A stretch of DNA of 64,000 bases from Abditibacteriaceae bacterium (GTDB lineage Bacteria > Armatimonadota > Abditibacteriia > Abditibacteriales > Abditibacteriaceae). Position 1 is the first letter of the stretch. Each line of letters starts with the position of its first letter. Below are positions 19,036 through 28,928 of this stretch, piece after piece. Below the pieces are notes generated by a model. It was not told where the DNA came from and did no database searches. It saw only the letters and a list, made by a program, of their open reading frames with translations. Location of the stretch: positions 1-64,000 of the forward strand of contig JANPJS010000034.1 of NCBI GenBank assembly GCA_031425655.1. Reading direction: 5' to 3'. The translations under genes and the position numbers were made by a program.

Positions 19036-20124
19036 CTAAGTGTCGAGTCCCAATGCCTTGCGCACCGCTTCAACCGGCACGTCGGCGAATTTTTCGACGT
19101 GGCCCATGCGCGTCGGCAAGATGAAATTCAAACTTTTGCCGCGCGATTTTTTATCCAACGCCATCGCCGCGAAAATTTCGGCTTCTTCCGCGCCCGGCGG
19201 CACTTGTGTCGGCAACCCGGCGCGCTGGAAAAGCCGCGTTTGGCGCGTGATTAGATTATCGGCTTCGTTTGCGGGCATCGCAGTAAGAATCTTCGCCAAG
19301 CGCGCCGCGACGGTCATGCCGATGGCAATCGCTTCGCCGTGCAGCAGTTCTCCGTAACTGGTAATCGCCTCAAAAGCGTGGCCTGCGGTGTGCCCGTAAT
19401 TGAGAATCGCGCGCCGTCCGATAGAATCGCTTTCACGCTCGTCCTCGCCCACGACTTCGGCTTTGATTTCACAGCTTCGCGCGATGATTTTTTCCAAAAC
19501 CGTCATGTCTAAGGCCAGCGCGGCGTCGAGATTGTCTTCCAGCCACGCGAAAAAATCGGCGTCGGCGATGACGCCATATTTAATCACTTCAGCCAGCCCC
19601 GCACGCAATTCTCGCGGCGACAAAGTTTGCAAGCAAAGCGGGTCAATAATCACTTCGTGGGGTTGATGAAAGGCGCCGATGAGGTTTTTGGCGCGCAGAT
19701 GGTTGACGCCGGTTTTGCCGCCGACGCTGGAATCTACCATCGCCAAAAGCGTAGTCGGCACTTGATAGAAGGGCACGCCGCGCATCCACGTCGCCGCCAC
19801 GAATCCGGCCCAGTCGCCGACAACTCCGCCGCCCACAGCGACAACCGCGCCGCGCCGCGTGAAGCCGTTTTCGGCTAAAGCGTCGTAAGCGCGGCTCGTC
19901 CAATCGAGGCTTTTGGAGGCTTCTCCCGCAGGCGCGTTGAACTGCAAAATGCGCCGATTGGTTTTCAAGCGCGCCGCCAAAGCGTCGGCGTAAAGCGGCG
20001 CGACACTTTCGTTGGATAAAACGGCCAGTTCGTCCGGCCAAAGCTCGCCGCAAGTTTGCAGAATGCCGGCTTCGATGCGAATTGAATAAGAGCGCTCGCC
20101 CAGCGGCACATGGATGATGGTCAC
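19036..20124 (-). CDS. aroB: 3-dehydroquinate synthase
   Basis: GGGVVGD, PTTLLAMVDSSVGGKTGVN, KNLIGAF and LNYGHT motifs. Confidence 0.97.
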   Translation of the reverse strand: MTIIHVPLGERSYSIRIEAGILQTCGELWPDELAVLSNESVAPLYADALAARLKTNRRILQFNAPAGEASKSLDWTSRAYDALAENGFTRRGAVVAVGGGVVGDWAGFVAATWMRGVPFYQVPTTLLAMVDSSVGGKTGVNHLRAKNLIGAFHQPHEVIIDPLCLQTLSPRELRAGLAEVIKYGVIADADFFAWLEDNLDAALALDMTVLEKIIARSCEIKAEVVGEDERESDSIGRRAILNYGHTAGHAFEAITSYGELLHGEAIAIGMTVAARLAKILTAMPANEADNLITRQTRLFQRAGLPTQVPPGAEEAEIFAAMALDKKSRGKSLNFILPTRMGHVEKFADVPVEAVRKALGLDT

Positions 20125-20184
20125 AGGGGAATTTTAGCCGAAAACTGCGCCCATTCGCGCCGATGAAGGTGTCAAAGCGCAACT

Positions 20185-23175
20185 ATGCGTAAATTTCTCC
20201 TCGGATTCGTGCTGCTTTTTTGCGCGCCATTGTGCGCTCAAGACACGAAATTAAGCGAAGGTGCCGACTTGCAAATCTTCGGACGCGGCGCGGCTTCCGG
20301 GCAATTTGAACTGCTGCGCGACATCACTTTCGATGCGCCGGGCAATCTTTATGTGCTTGACGGCGGCGAATTTCAAAAAGACGCGAAGCAGGGCAATTTT
20401 CGCGTGCAAAAATTCGACGCGGCGGGCAAATTCGCTGCGGAGTTTTCCGTTTGGAACGAAGCTCTCGGCGTCAAAAACAACCCGCAGCGGTTGGCGGTTG
20501 ACGCGGCGGGAAATATCTACGTCACGCAGCCAAGCGCCGACATCGTGCAGCAATTTTCGCCCGACGGAAAGCTGCTGCAAAACATCGCTTTACCGCGCGC
20601 GATGGGCATTGCGCGAGTCGGAAATAATGTCGCCGCCATCGCCAGCCGCAACGACGTGGTCAATGGGAAATGGACGTGGCAAGGTGGCGAATCCATCGTT
20701 TTGCTGCCGGAAAATAAAGCGGTCTCATTGGAAAAGCGCCTGAATAATGTGCAGGATTTGGACGTTGACAAGCTTGGCAATTTTTACGTTTTAGCGGCGA
20801 TAAATCAGATTTATAAATTCAGTCCCGACGGAAAATTATTGGGCGTCATCGGGGCGGGAGCCAACACGCGCAACGCCGACGGCAGCGAGCCGCTGCACAG
20901 CGTTGCGGTCAACGCAAAAGGCGAAGTTTTCACAATGACGTGGGGCAATCCCGGCCTGCTGACGCGCTACGATTCGCAGCTTAAAACCGTAACGCAGCGC
21001 GAAGGCCAATTCAAATGGGGTGATCCGTGGAGCACACATTCGGGCTATGTGCCGCTTGCGGTTGACTCGCAAGATCGCGTCTGGGTAGCGTCCACGCAGC
21101 GCCACGATCCCAAAGGCCCAAACTTCCCAAAATACCACGTCAGCCCGGCCATTTCGCGCCTGACAACCGATTATCTCGATACCGATAAAAGCGGCACCAC
21201 GCGCCGTTCGATGCTGCTTTTGGGCTTCAAGCCGCAACTGCAAATCAAGCTGCCTTACAACATTGCTTACGAGCCAAAACAGCCGATCAATTGCGAATTT
21301 ATCGTGGCGCCCGCCAATCGACGCGTTAAGGAAGTTCAGGTCGCGTGGCACGTTTACGACGTTTATAAAAAAGAGTGGGGCAAAGGCGATTTCAAAGTTG
21401 CGCTCAAAGATGGCGAAGAAGCGCGCACTAATTTCACGTTCACGCCGCCGCGCTTTGGCTGGTTCACCGTCGAGGCCGAAATTAGCGCCAACGGCGAGCG
21501 TTTGCTGGGCATCGGCGCGCACGGCGGAGTTACGCCGCGCTACGCCAATATGCCGGTGCTTAATGAAGGCGATTCGCCCGGCGGATGGGAAGACGCGCCG
21601 CGCCAGATGTTTTCGGGCCTGCCAATGATGCGCCTGCATCCCGGCAAAAGTCTGGATAAGTTCGACAAAGATTTGCAGTTCGCCGACAAATGGGGCGCTT
21701 TTGTTTTCGCGCAACTCACCGACAACAAAAACAACTTCACCGTCGAATACGCGCGCCCGATTATCGAGCGTTTCAAGGGCCGCGTGAAATTTTGGGAGTT
21801 GATGAACGAGCCGAATTTTTCGATGTCGCCCGAAGAATACGTCAAAGGCGCGCAGCCGCTTTACGACATGATTCACCAGCTTGACCCGGCGGCGAAAGTG
21901 CTTGGCCCGGCGATTGTCAGCCTCGATTTGGGCTGGATGGAGCGTTTTTACAAAGCCGGCGGCAAAACGACGTGCGACATTCTTTCGATGCACGATTACG
22001 AAGGCCACGAAAGCATTGATCCGACGCACTGGCAGTGGAAAATCTCCGCGCTGCGCAAGCTGATGGCGCAATTCGGCGACGACAAAAAGGAAATCTGGCA
22101 AACCGAACGTGCGATTTGCGGCGTGCGCGGCGATAACTTTCTTGGCCCGGCCCAAGCCGTGCGCGTGACGCTGCACCGCAACCTCTTGGAAACCCTTGGC
22201 ATCCCACCGCTGCACAACAGCCACTATTATCTCAATGAAGGCGGCTATGGCCCTGTCCCGACCTATTTGTGGTCAAGCAGCGGCCCGCATCCCGGCGCGC
22301 TGGCGCTGCGAACGCGCGAAGCGATGACAAAGGGCAAAAAGTTCGTCGGCACGCTGGATTTCGGGCCAACCGGAAACAAAATGGTGCTGGGGTTGCGTTA
22401 TGATGGGCCGGATGGCTCGGTGTATGTAATTCAGAATCTGGGAACGGATGTAGTGCTGCCGCTTGTTTTTCAAATTGGCGCCAACGTGAAAATGAAGGTA
22501 AGCGATAGTTTTGGCAACGAAGCTCAATTCAAATTCGATAGGGCTTTTCCGATGATTACCCTCGAACAATTGCCGCAATATGTTTTCATTGAGCCGGGCC
22601 AGAAGTTGCAGATGGCCGAAATGGATTGGATGGATATGGGACAGAACCTCGCGTCGCAGGCCAAGTTTTCCTATTCCGGCAAGACCGAAAGCGATTTCGC
22701 GCTGCTGAACAACGGCGTGATGGAAACCATTCACGCCGGCAACCCGAACGGCGGCACCGACGGCAAAAAAATCTGGCAGGGCGAGCTAAACGGCGCGCCG
22801 CAAACGCTGGGAATCTCATTCGATGCGCCGAAAAAAATCCAATACGTCGTGCTTTTTGGTGTGCGCCCGGACAACGCCTTTTGCTCACTGCTTGATTACG
22901 ACTTGCAAGTTCGGCAAGGTTCGCAGTGGAAAACCATGCAACAGCCACGCAAAAAGGTGCCGCAGTCCGATGCGGTCAACACCTCCGGCAGCAAAGCGAG
23001 CATTTGGATGTTGGACGGCAATTTCTCCGTTTACTCCTTCGATGCGGTGACCACCGACAAAATTCGCCTCGTCGCGCGCCGCACCAGCTTCGGCTTTCTG
23101 CCGGACGAAACCGTCAAAGCGTGGGGCAACCAGATTCCCGCCAAACTGATGCTGCGCGAAATTGAGATTTATTGA
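20185..23175 (+). CDS. Secreted multidomain protein: NHL repeats, clan GH-A-like glycoside hydrolase, discoidin-like C-terminus
   Basis: Signal peptide; LAVDAAGNIYV-type NHL repeats; WELMNEP and IWQTE acid/base and nucleophile-like motifs. Confidence 0.75.
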   Translation: MRKFLLGFVLLFCAPLCAQDTKLSEGADLQIFGRGAASGQFELLRDITFDAPGNLYVLDGGEFQKDAKQGNFRVQKFDAAGKFAAEFSVWNEALGVKNNPQRLAVDAAGNIYVTQPSADIVQQFSPDGKLLQNIALPRAMGIARVGNNVAAIASRNDVVNGKWTWQGGESIVLLPENKAVSLEKRLNNVQDLDVDKLGNFYVLAAINQIYKFSPDGKLLGVIGAGANTRNADGSEPLHSVAVNAKGEVFTMTWGNPGLLTRYDSQLKTVTQREGQFKWGDPWSTHSGYVPLAVDSQDRVWVASTQRHDPKGPNFPKYHVSPAISRLTTDYLDTDKSGTTRRSMLLLGFKPQLQIKLPYNIAYEPKQPINCEFIVAPANRRVKEVQVAWHVYDVYKKEWGKGDFKVALKDGEEARTNFTFTPPRFGWFTVEAEISANGERLLGIGAHGGVTPRYANMPVLNEGDSPGGWEDAPRQMFSGLPMMRLHPGKSLDKFDKDLQFADKWGAFVFAQLTDNKNNFTVEYARPIIERFKGRVKFWELMNEPNFSMSPEEYVKGAQPLYDMIHQLDPAAKVLGPAIVSLDLGWMERFYKAGGKTTCDILSMHDYEGHESIDPTHWQWKISALRKLMAQFGDDKKEIWQTERAICGVRGDNFLGPAQAVRVTLHRNLLETLGIPPLHNSHYYLNEGGYGPVPTYLWSSSGPHPGALALRTREAMTKGKKFVGTLDFGPTGNKMVLGLRYDGPDGSVYVIQNLGTDVVLPLVFQIGANVKMKVSDSFGNEAQFKFDRAFPMITLEQLPQYVFIEPGQKLQMAEMDWMDMGQNLASQAKFSYSGKTESDFALLNNGVMETIHAGNPNGGTDGKKIWQGELNGAPQTLGISFDAPKKIQYVVLFGVRPDNAFCSLLDYDLQVRQGSQWKTMQQPRKKVPQSDAVNTSGSKASIWMLDGNFSVYSFDAVTTDKIRLVARRTSFGFLPDETVKAWGNQIPAKLMLREIEIY

Positions 23176-23196
23176 GCGCGGCACGGTGAGCAACCC

Positions 23197-24678
23197 ATGA
23201 CTACTGCGGAGAAATTAGAAGCGCGCAAACGGCAGGGAGAACTTGGTCAGTTCTTCACGCCGGCACCGCTTGCTGATTTCATGGCGTCGCTGTTTGGCCC
23301 GTTGCCCGCTGCGGTGCGGCTTTTGGATGCAGGAGCCGGGGCCAGCGCATTGACCAGAGCGTTCGTCGAGAGGTTGAGTCGGCAGAAAGACGGCGTCGTC
23401 ACCGTCGAAGCCACGCTTTACGAGATTGACCCGCTGCTTTTGGACGATCTCACGGCCACGATGCGCGATTGCGAGCGCATTTGCGACCGTGCCGGAATCG
23501 GCTTCACCTACGCCATCCATTCGGCCAACTTCATCGAGGCAACGTCGGCAAGTCTGGCGGGAAATCTGTTCGCTGCGCCGCCGCCCGCTTTCGATGCCGC
23601 CATCGTGAATCCGCCTTATCGCAAGATCAACTCCGCCTCCGCCGAACGGCGCGCTTTGCGCTCGGCGGGAGTCGAAACGAGCAATCTTTACACGGGATTC
23701 ATTGCCCTTATTCAGAGGTTGCTCGTTCCGGGCGGGCAACTCGTCGGCATTACGCCGCGCAGTTTTTGCAACGGTCGCTACTTTCGTCCCTTCCGCGAGG
23801 ATTTTCTGAGCAATCTCGAACTTCGCAGGCTGCACGTTTTCGAGTCGCGCTCAACCGCGTTCCGCAGCGACGACGTTTTGCAGGAAAACGTCATTTTTCA
23901 CGTTGCGAAGGGCAAAAATCAGCCACCCGAAGTGGTTGTTTCCAGCAGCAGCGGCGAAGGCGACGGCGCGGTGATCGAGACGGTCGTGCCCTTTGCCGAC
24001 GTGGTTCATCGGCATGAAAAGGAAAAATTCATCCATATTCCGTCGGCCTCAATGCAAACTGCGGCAAGGCAAACGATGAGCGGCTTGAGTTCGACTCTTG
24101 AATCTTTGGGGGTTTCGGTTTCGACCGGACGTGTCGTTGATTTTCGCCTGAAAAACGCTCTGCGTCAGGCGCCGGAGGGGGGAACGGCGCCTCTCGTCTA
24201 TCCCTGCCACTTCAACGGCGGCACGATTCACTGGCCCAAACTCGATGGCCGCAAGCCCAATGCCATTTTAGACACGCCGGAGACGCGGCCCTGGTTGGTG
24301 CCGTCCGGCGTTTATTTGCTGACCAAACGCTTTACCTCCAAAGAAGAGCGCCGCCGTCTGGTGGCCTGCCTCTTCGACCGGGACGACGTGCAGGCGGAAT
24401 GGCTTGGTTTCGAGAACCATTTGAACTACTTTCACGAGAGCGGGCATGGACTCGAACGCAGCCTCGCACTGGGACTCTTTGCATTTTTGAACTCAACTCT
24501 GGTTGACCAGTATTTTCGGCGTTTCAGTGGCAACACGCAGGTCAACGCCACCGACCTTCGCAGCCTGCCATACCCCGACCGCGCTTGCCTGCAGGCGATG
24601 GGAAATGCCATGATGGCGATTGACTTTACGCAAGGCGAGATTGACGCTCTGGTGGCGAAGCACATCCATACCAAGTGA
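23197..24678 (+). CDS. N6-adenine DNA methyltransferase, BsuBI/PstI-like
   Basis: GQFFTP, LLDAGAG, NPPY, TGRVVDFR and GNTQVNATDL motifs. Confidence 0.9.
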   Translation: MTTAEKLEARKRQGELGQFFTPAPLADFMASLFGPLPAAVRLLDAGAGASALTRAFVERLSRQKDGVVTVEATLYEIDPLLLDDLTATMRDCERICDRAGIGFTYAIHSANFIEATSASLAGNLFAAPPPAFDAAIVNPPYRKINSASAERRALRSAGVETSNLYTGFIALIQRLLVPGGQLVGITPRSFCNGRYFRPFREDFLSNLELRRLHVFESRSTAFRSDDVLQENVIFHVAKGKNQPPEVVVSSSSGEGDGAVIETVVPFADVVHRHEKEKFIHIPSASMQTAARQTMSGLSSTLESLGVSVSTGRVVDFRLKNALRQAPEGGTAPLVYPCHFNGGTIHWPKLDGRKPNAILDTPETRPWLVPSGVYLLTKRFTSKEERRRLVACLFDRDDVQAEWLGFENHLNYFHESGHGLERSLALGLFAFLNSTLVDQYFRRFSGNTQVNATDLRSLPYPDRACLQAMGNAMMAIDFTQGEIDALVAKHIHTK

Positions 24679-25666
24679 AAAGCCCCTCCGCAAGGACGCC
24701 ATCAGAAAGCGCCGCCTCGCTGAGGCCGTTGAGGTTCTGAGCGCCTTGCAGTTTGCTCCCAAGCAAAGGAACGAGACCGCCGCTTATACACTGCTGGCGC
24801 TGCTGGGTCTCCAATGTGATTCTTCGTTGTCAGCCGCGCAGGCGCCGCTCTGCGGCATCACCCCGATAATTGGCTTCATCGCCGGATCGTATGGCGTGCG
24901 CTATGCGCCCAACACCCGCGAGACGATCCGCGACGATGCCGTCAAATTCTTCGTGGAGTCCGGCTTGCTGCTTCGCAACCCTGACGACCCCGAACGTCCA
25001 ACCAACAGCGGCAAGACGGTCTATCATATCGAGCCTTCCGCTCTGGCTCTGCTTCGCAAATTCGGAAGCCCCGATTGGCCGGATGCTTTGCAGCAATACC
25101 TTGCCAGCCGTGAGGACATCAAAAACGAGATTGCGCGGAAGAGGAATTTGGCGCGTGTGCCCGTCACGCTGCCGGACGGCTCACAAGTCGCGCTTTCGCC
25201 CGGCGGCCAGAATCCTCTCATCAAGGCGATCATCGAGCAATTTTGCCCGGCCTTCGCACCCGGCGGCGTGGTGATTTACATCGGCGACACGGAAAACAAA
25301 TTCGTTCACCTCGAAACCGAGAATCTGGCCATGTTGGGCGTGACTTTGGATTCTGCGGCCAAAATTCCCGATGTCATCGTGCATTTTGCCGCGAAAAATT
25401 GGCTGCTGCTCATTGAAGCCGTCACCAGCGCCGGGCCGGTAGACGGCAAACGGCGCAAGGAACTCAAGGACTTATTCGCAGGCTGCAAAGCGGGCTTGGT
25501 CTTCGTGACCGCCTTCGAGACTCGGCGCACGATGCAGTCCTTTTTATCGCACATCGCATGGGAATCCGAAGTTTGGATTGCCGAAGACCCAGATCACATG
25601 CTCCATTTCGACGGAAAGCGCTTTCTGGGGCCGTATCCCGACGTTATGCCACCCGTTGCCAACTGA
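24641..25666 (+). CDS. BsuBI/PstI-family type II restriction endonuclease; start uncertain, possible 5' frameshift
   Basis: YAPNTRETIR, LSPGGQN, KIPDV, LIEAVTSAGP, IAWESEVW and FLGPY motifs; adjacent to the methyltransferase. Confidence 0.85.
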   Translation: MTLWWRSTSIPSEKPLRKDAIRKRRLAEAVEVLSALQFAPKQRNETAAYTLLALLGLQCDSSLSAAQAPLCGITPIIGFIAGSYGVRYAPNTRETIRDDAVKFFVESGLLLRNPDDPERPTNSGKTVYHIEPSALALLRKFGSPDWPDALQQYLASREDIKNEIARKRNLARVPVTLPDGSQVALSPGGQNPLIKAIIEQFCPAFAPGGVVIYIGDTENKFVHLETENLAMLGVTLDSAAKIPDVIVHFAAKNWLLLIEAVTSAGPVDGKRRKELKDLFAGCKAGLVFVTAFETRRTMQSFLSHIAWESEVWIAEDPDHMLHFDGKRFLGPYPDVMPPVAN

Positions 25667-25699
25667 AGCCCTTCTCAACAAATAAACTGACCCACCCAC

Positions 25700-28600
25700 A
25701 TGAAGAAACTGATTGCCGTTTTTGCCCTGATGTTAGCCGTCGCCCAATCAAGTCGTGCCGAACTGTCGCCCGCGAATCTGCGCTGCGAATACAAAGTCAA
25801 TCCTGTGGGCGTTGGCGATGCGCAGCCGCGTTTGAGCTGGATTGTCGAGTCGAAACAGCGCGCCGAAAAGCAGACGGCGTATCAAATTTTGGCGGCGTCC
25901 AGCCTCGAAAATCTCAAGGCCAAACGCGGCGATTTGTGGGACAGCGGCCAGATTAAATCGAACGCTACCGCGCAAATCGTATACGGCGGCAAGCCGCTCG
26001 GCAGCGCGCAAACCGCGTGGTGGCAGGTGCGCTCGTGGGACAAAAACGGCAAGTCGTCGCCGTTTAGCGCGCCCGCGCAGTGGACGATGGCGCTGCTCGA
26101 CCCGGCGACGGAGTGGAAAGCGTCGTGGATCAACCTCGAAGCGTTGCCGGATCAGCCGAAAAGCGACGGCGCCAGTCCCAAAGGCGCCAACTGGATTTGG
26201 TTTCCCGAAGACGATCCCGCCGTCAGGGCGCCGGTCGCCACGCGTTATTTTCGCCTCGTGGTCAACGTGCCCGCCGATATCGGCATCGCCGCCGCGAAGC
26301 TGTCGCTGACCGCCGATGATCGCTGGACGGTGTGGTTCAACGGCAAGGAACTCGGCAAAAGCGGCACCGATGAATTCGCATGGCGCGACTTTAAAACCTT
26401 CGACGTGGCGAAGCTGGTGAAAACCGGGCCGAACCTCATCGCTATCGAAGCGACCAACGCGACGGCCAGCCCCGCCGGTTTGCTGGCGAAGCTCACCATC
26501 GAATCGGCGCAGTGGGGCAAGCATGAATTCGTCAGCGACGCGACGTGGAAAAGCGCGCAAACCGCGCCCGACGGCTGGCAAAACGTCGCTGGCGACGCCG
26601 GTTGGCAGTCGGCCAAAGTGCTGGCGGCGTATGGCGGCGGGCCGTGGATGGACACGGTCGGCGCCGGTGGCGCTAAAACCGGCGCGCCGCCGCCCAGCGC
26701 GTTTCTGCGCCGCACTTTTCGGGTGACAAAGCCGCTGCGCCGCGCCACTGCCTACGCGACTGCGCTCGGACTTTACGAACTGCACGTCAATGGAGCGCGC
26801 GTCGGCGACGACGTGTTCACGCCCGGTTGGACGGATTACAAAAAGCGCGTTTATTATCAAACTTACGACGTGACGCCGCTGCTGAAACAAGGCGCCAATG
26901 CAGTCGGCGCGATTTTAGGCGACGGCTGGGCGACAGGCCACGACGGCAACGGCGGGCGCGACCGCTACGGCTTGCATCGCCCGCATTTTAGCGGGCAAAT
27001 CGTGCTGGATTACGCCGACGGCACGCGCGAAGTCGTCGGTTCCGACACCAATTGGAAAGCCGCTTATGGCCCGATTGTTGAGCAAGACTTGCTCGATGGC
27101 GAGTTCTACGACGCCACACAGGAACAAGCAGGCTGGGACACGCCGCAATTCGATGACGCCGCGTGGCAAAAGCCCGACATGATCGCCGCGCCGCAGATTA
27201 AAATCGAAGCGTATCCGGGCGTTCCGGTGCGCCGCCAACTTGAACTCAAGCCGAAAAAAATGACTCAGCCGAAGCCGGGCACTTACGTTTTCGATTTGGG
27301 ACAGAACATGGTCGGCTGGGCGCGGTTGAACAATATCACGGCGCCGCGCGGCACCAAAATTCGCCTTCGCTTTGCCGAAATGCTGAACGCAGACGGCACG
27401 ATTTACACCACCAATTTGCGCGGCGCGCGTTGCATTGACGAATACACTTGTCGCGGCGGCGCGCCTGAAACATGGGAGCCGCGCTTTACGTTTCACGGCT
27501 TCCGCTACGTTGAACTCACCGGCGTTCCAACCGCCACAGCCGACAGCGTGACCGGAATCGTGGTGCACTCCCAAATGCCGATGACAGGCGAATTTGCCTG
27601 CTCGAATCCCCTTGTCAACCAACTGCAAAGCAATATTCAATGGGGTCAGCGCGGCAATTTTCTCGAAGTGCCGACCGACTGCCCGCAACGCGACGAGCGC
27701 CTCGGCTGGATGGGTGACGCGCAGATTTTCGTGAAAACCTCAACTTACAACGCCGATGTCGCCGGCTTTTTCAGTAAATGGATGGTAGATGTCGAAGACG
27801 GAATGCGCGGCGACGCTTTCCCCGATGTGGCGCCCGACATTTGCTGCGGCGCGGGAACTCCGGCCTGGGCCGATGCCGGCGTGATCGTGCCGTGGACGAT
27901 TTATCAGGTTTACGGCGATACGCGCATTCTCGAAAAGCACTACGGCGCGATGGCGCGCTACATCGAATGGATTCGCAAAAGCAACCCGGATTTGATCTGG
28001 AAAAATCGCGGCTCGGATTACGGCGACTGGCTTTCCATCGCCGCCGACACGCCCAAAGACGTGCTGGGAACCGCTTATTTCGCGTATTCAACCAGCCTTT
28101 TAGCCAAAATCGCGCACGCTCTCGGCAAAAACGACGACGCGCAAAAATACGAGGCGCTTTTCAACGGCATTAAAGCCGCTTTCAACAAGAATTTCGTGAC
28201 CGCCGATGGACGCATCAAAGGCGACACGCAAACCGATTACGTCTTGGCGTTGCGCTTCAATTTGCTGCCCGACGACAAGCGCGCTCAGGCCGCGCAACAT
28301 CTGGTGGACGACATCGCCAAAAAGGGCAATCACCTTTCGACCGGCTTCGTTGGCGTCGGCTATTTGAATCCGGTTCTCACGCAAACCGGTCACGGCGATG
28401 TGGCCTATCAACTGCTGTTGCAGGACACTTTTCCCTCGTGGGGCTACTCGATTCGCCAAGGCGCAACCACGATTTGGGAGCGTTGGGACGGCTATCGCGC
28501 CGACAAAGGCTTTCAAGACCCCGGCATGAATTCGTTCAACCATTATTCACTCGGCTCGGTCGGGCAGTGGATGTTTGAAAGCGTGGCCGGAATTGACGCC

Positions 28601-28921
28601 GACCCAAACCAGCCGGCCTTTTCGCACGTCATTTTGCGACCGCAGCCGGGCGGCGGCCTGACTTTCGCGCGCGGCGGCTTCGATTCGATACGCGGGCGCA
28701 TCGAAAGCGGCTGGAAAATCGAAAACGGCGTCTTTTCCTACAACGTGACGATTCCCGCCAACGCGACGGCGACGCTGTATTTGCCCGCCGCGCTGACCGC
28801 GAAAATCACCGAAGGCGGCAAAGCAGCGGATAAAGCCGACGGCGTGCAGTTCGTCAAGCACGAAAACGGCTCCGCGATTTACGAACTCGGTTCGGGCAGC
28901 TACGCTTTCGCGGTGCGATGA
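25700..28921 (+). CDS. Secreted GH78-family alpha-L-rhamnosidase
   Basis: Signal peptide; DLGQNMVGW, FTFHGFRY, PTDCPQRDERLGWMGD, GATTIWERW and MNSFNHY motifs. Confidence 0.93.
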   Translation: MKKLIAVFALMLAVAQSSRAELSPANLRCEYKVNPVGVGDAQPRLSWIVESKQRAEKQTAYQILAASSLENLKAKRGDLWDSGQIKSNATAQIVYGGKPLGSAQTAWWQVRSWDKNGKSSPFSAPAQWTMALLDPATEWKASWINLEALPDQPKSDGASPKGANWIWFPEDDPAVRAPVATRYFRLVVNVPADIGIAAAKLSLTADDRWTVWFNGKELGKSGTDEFAWRDFKTFDVAKLVKTGPNLIAIEATNATASPAGLLAKLTIESAQWGKHEFVSDATWKSAQTAPDGWQNVAGDAGWQSAKVLAAYGGGPWMDTVGAGGAKTGAPPPSAFLRRTFRVTKPLRRATAYATALGLYELHVNGARVGDDVFTPGWTDYKKRVYYQTYDVTPLLKQGANAVGAILGDGWATGHDGNGGRDRYGLHRPHFSGQIVLDYADGTREVVGSDTNWKAAYGPIVEQDLLDGEFYDATQEQAGWDTPQFDDAAWQKPDMIAAPQIKIEAYPGVPVRRQLELKPKKMTQPKPGTYVFDLGQNMVGWARLNNITAPRGTKIRLRFAEMLNADGTIYTTNLRGARCIDEYTCRGGAPETWEPRFTFHGFRYVELTGVPTATADSVTGIVVHSQMPMTGEFACSNPLVNQLQSNIQWGQRGNFLEVPTDCPQRDERLGWMGDAQIFVKTSTYNADVAGFFSKWMVDVEDGMRGDAFPDVAPDICCGAGTPAWADAGVIVPWTIYQVYGDTRILEKHYGAMARYIEWIRKSNPDLIWKNRGSDYGDWLSIAADTPKDVLGTAYFAYSTSLLAKIAHALGKNDDAQKYEALFNGIKAAFNKNFVTADGRIKGDTQTDYVLALRFNLLPDDKRAQAAQHLVDDIAKKGNHLSTGFVGVGYLNPVLTQTGHGDVAYQLLLQDTFPSWGYSIRQGATTIWERWDGYRADKGFQDPGMNSFNHYSLGSVGQWMFESVAGIDADPNQPAFSHVILRPQPGGGLTFARGGFDSIRGRIESGWKIENGVFSYNVTIPANATATLYLPAALTAKITEGGKAADKADGVQFVKHENGSAIYELGSGSYAFAVR

Positions 28922-28928
28922 AAGGAAC

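Noticed and set aside
20836..22224. Long antisense ORFs (e.g. 462 aa here, 380 aa at 25748, 349 aa at 36049, 355 aa at 62795)
   Set aside because: Shadows of well-supported genes on the opposite strand in GC-rich DNA; no motifs.
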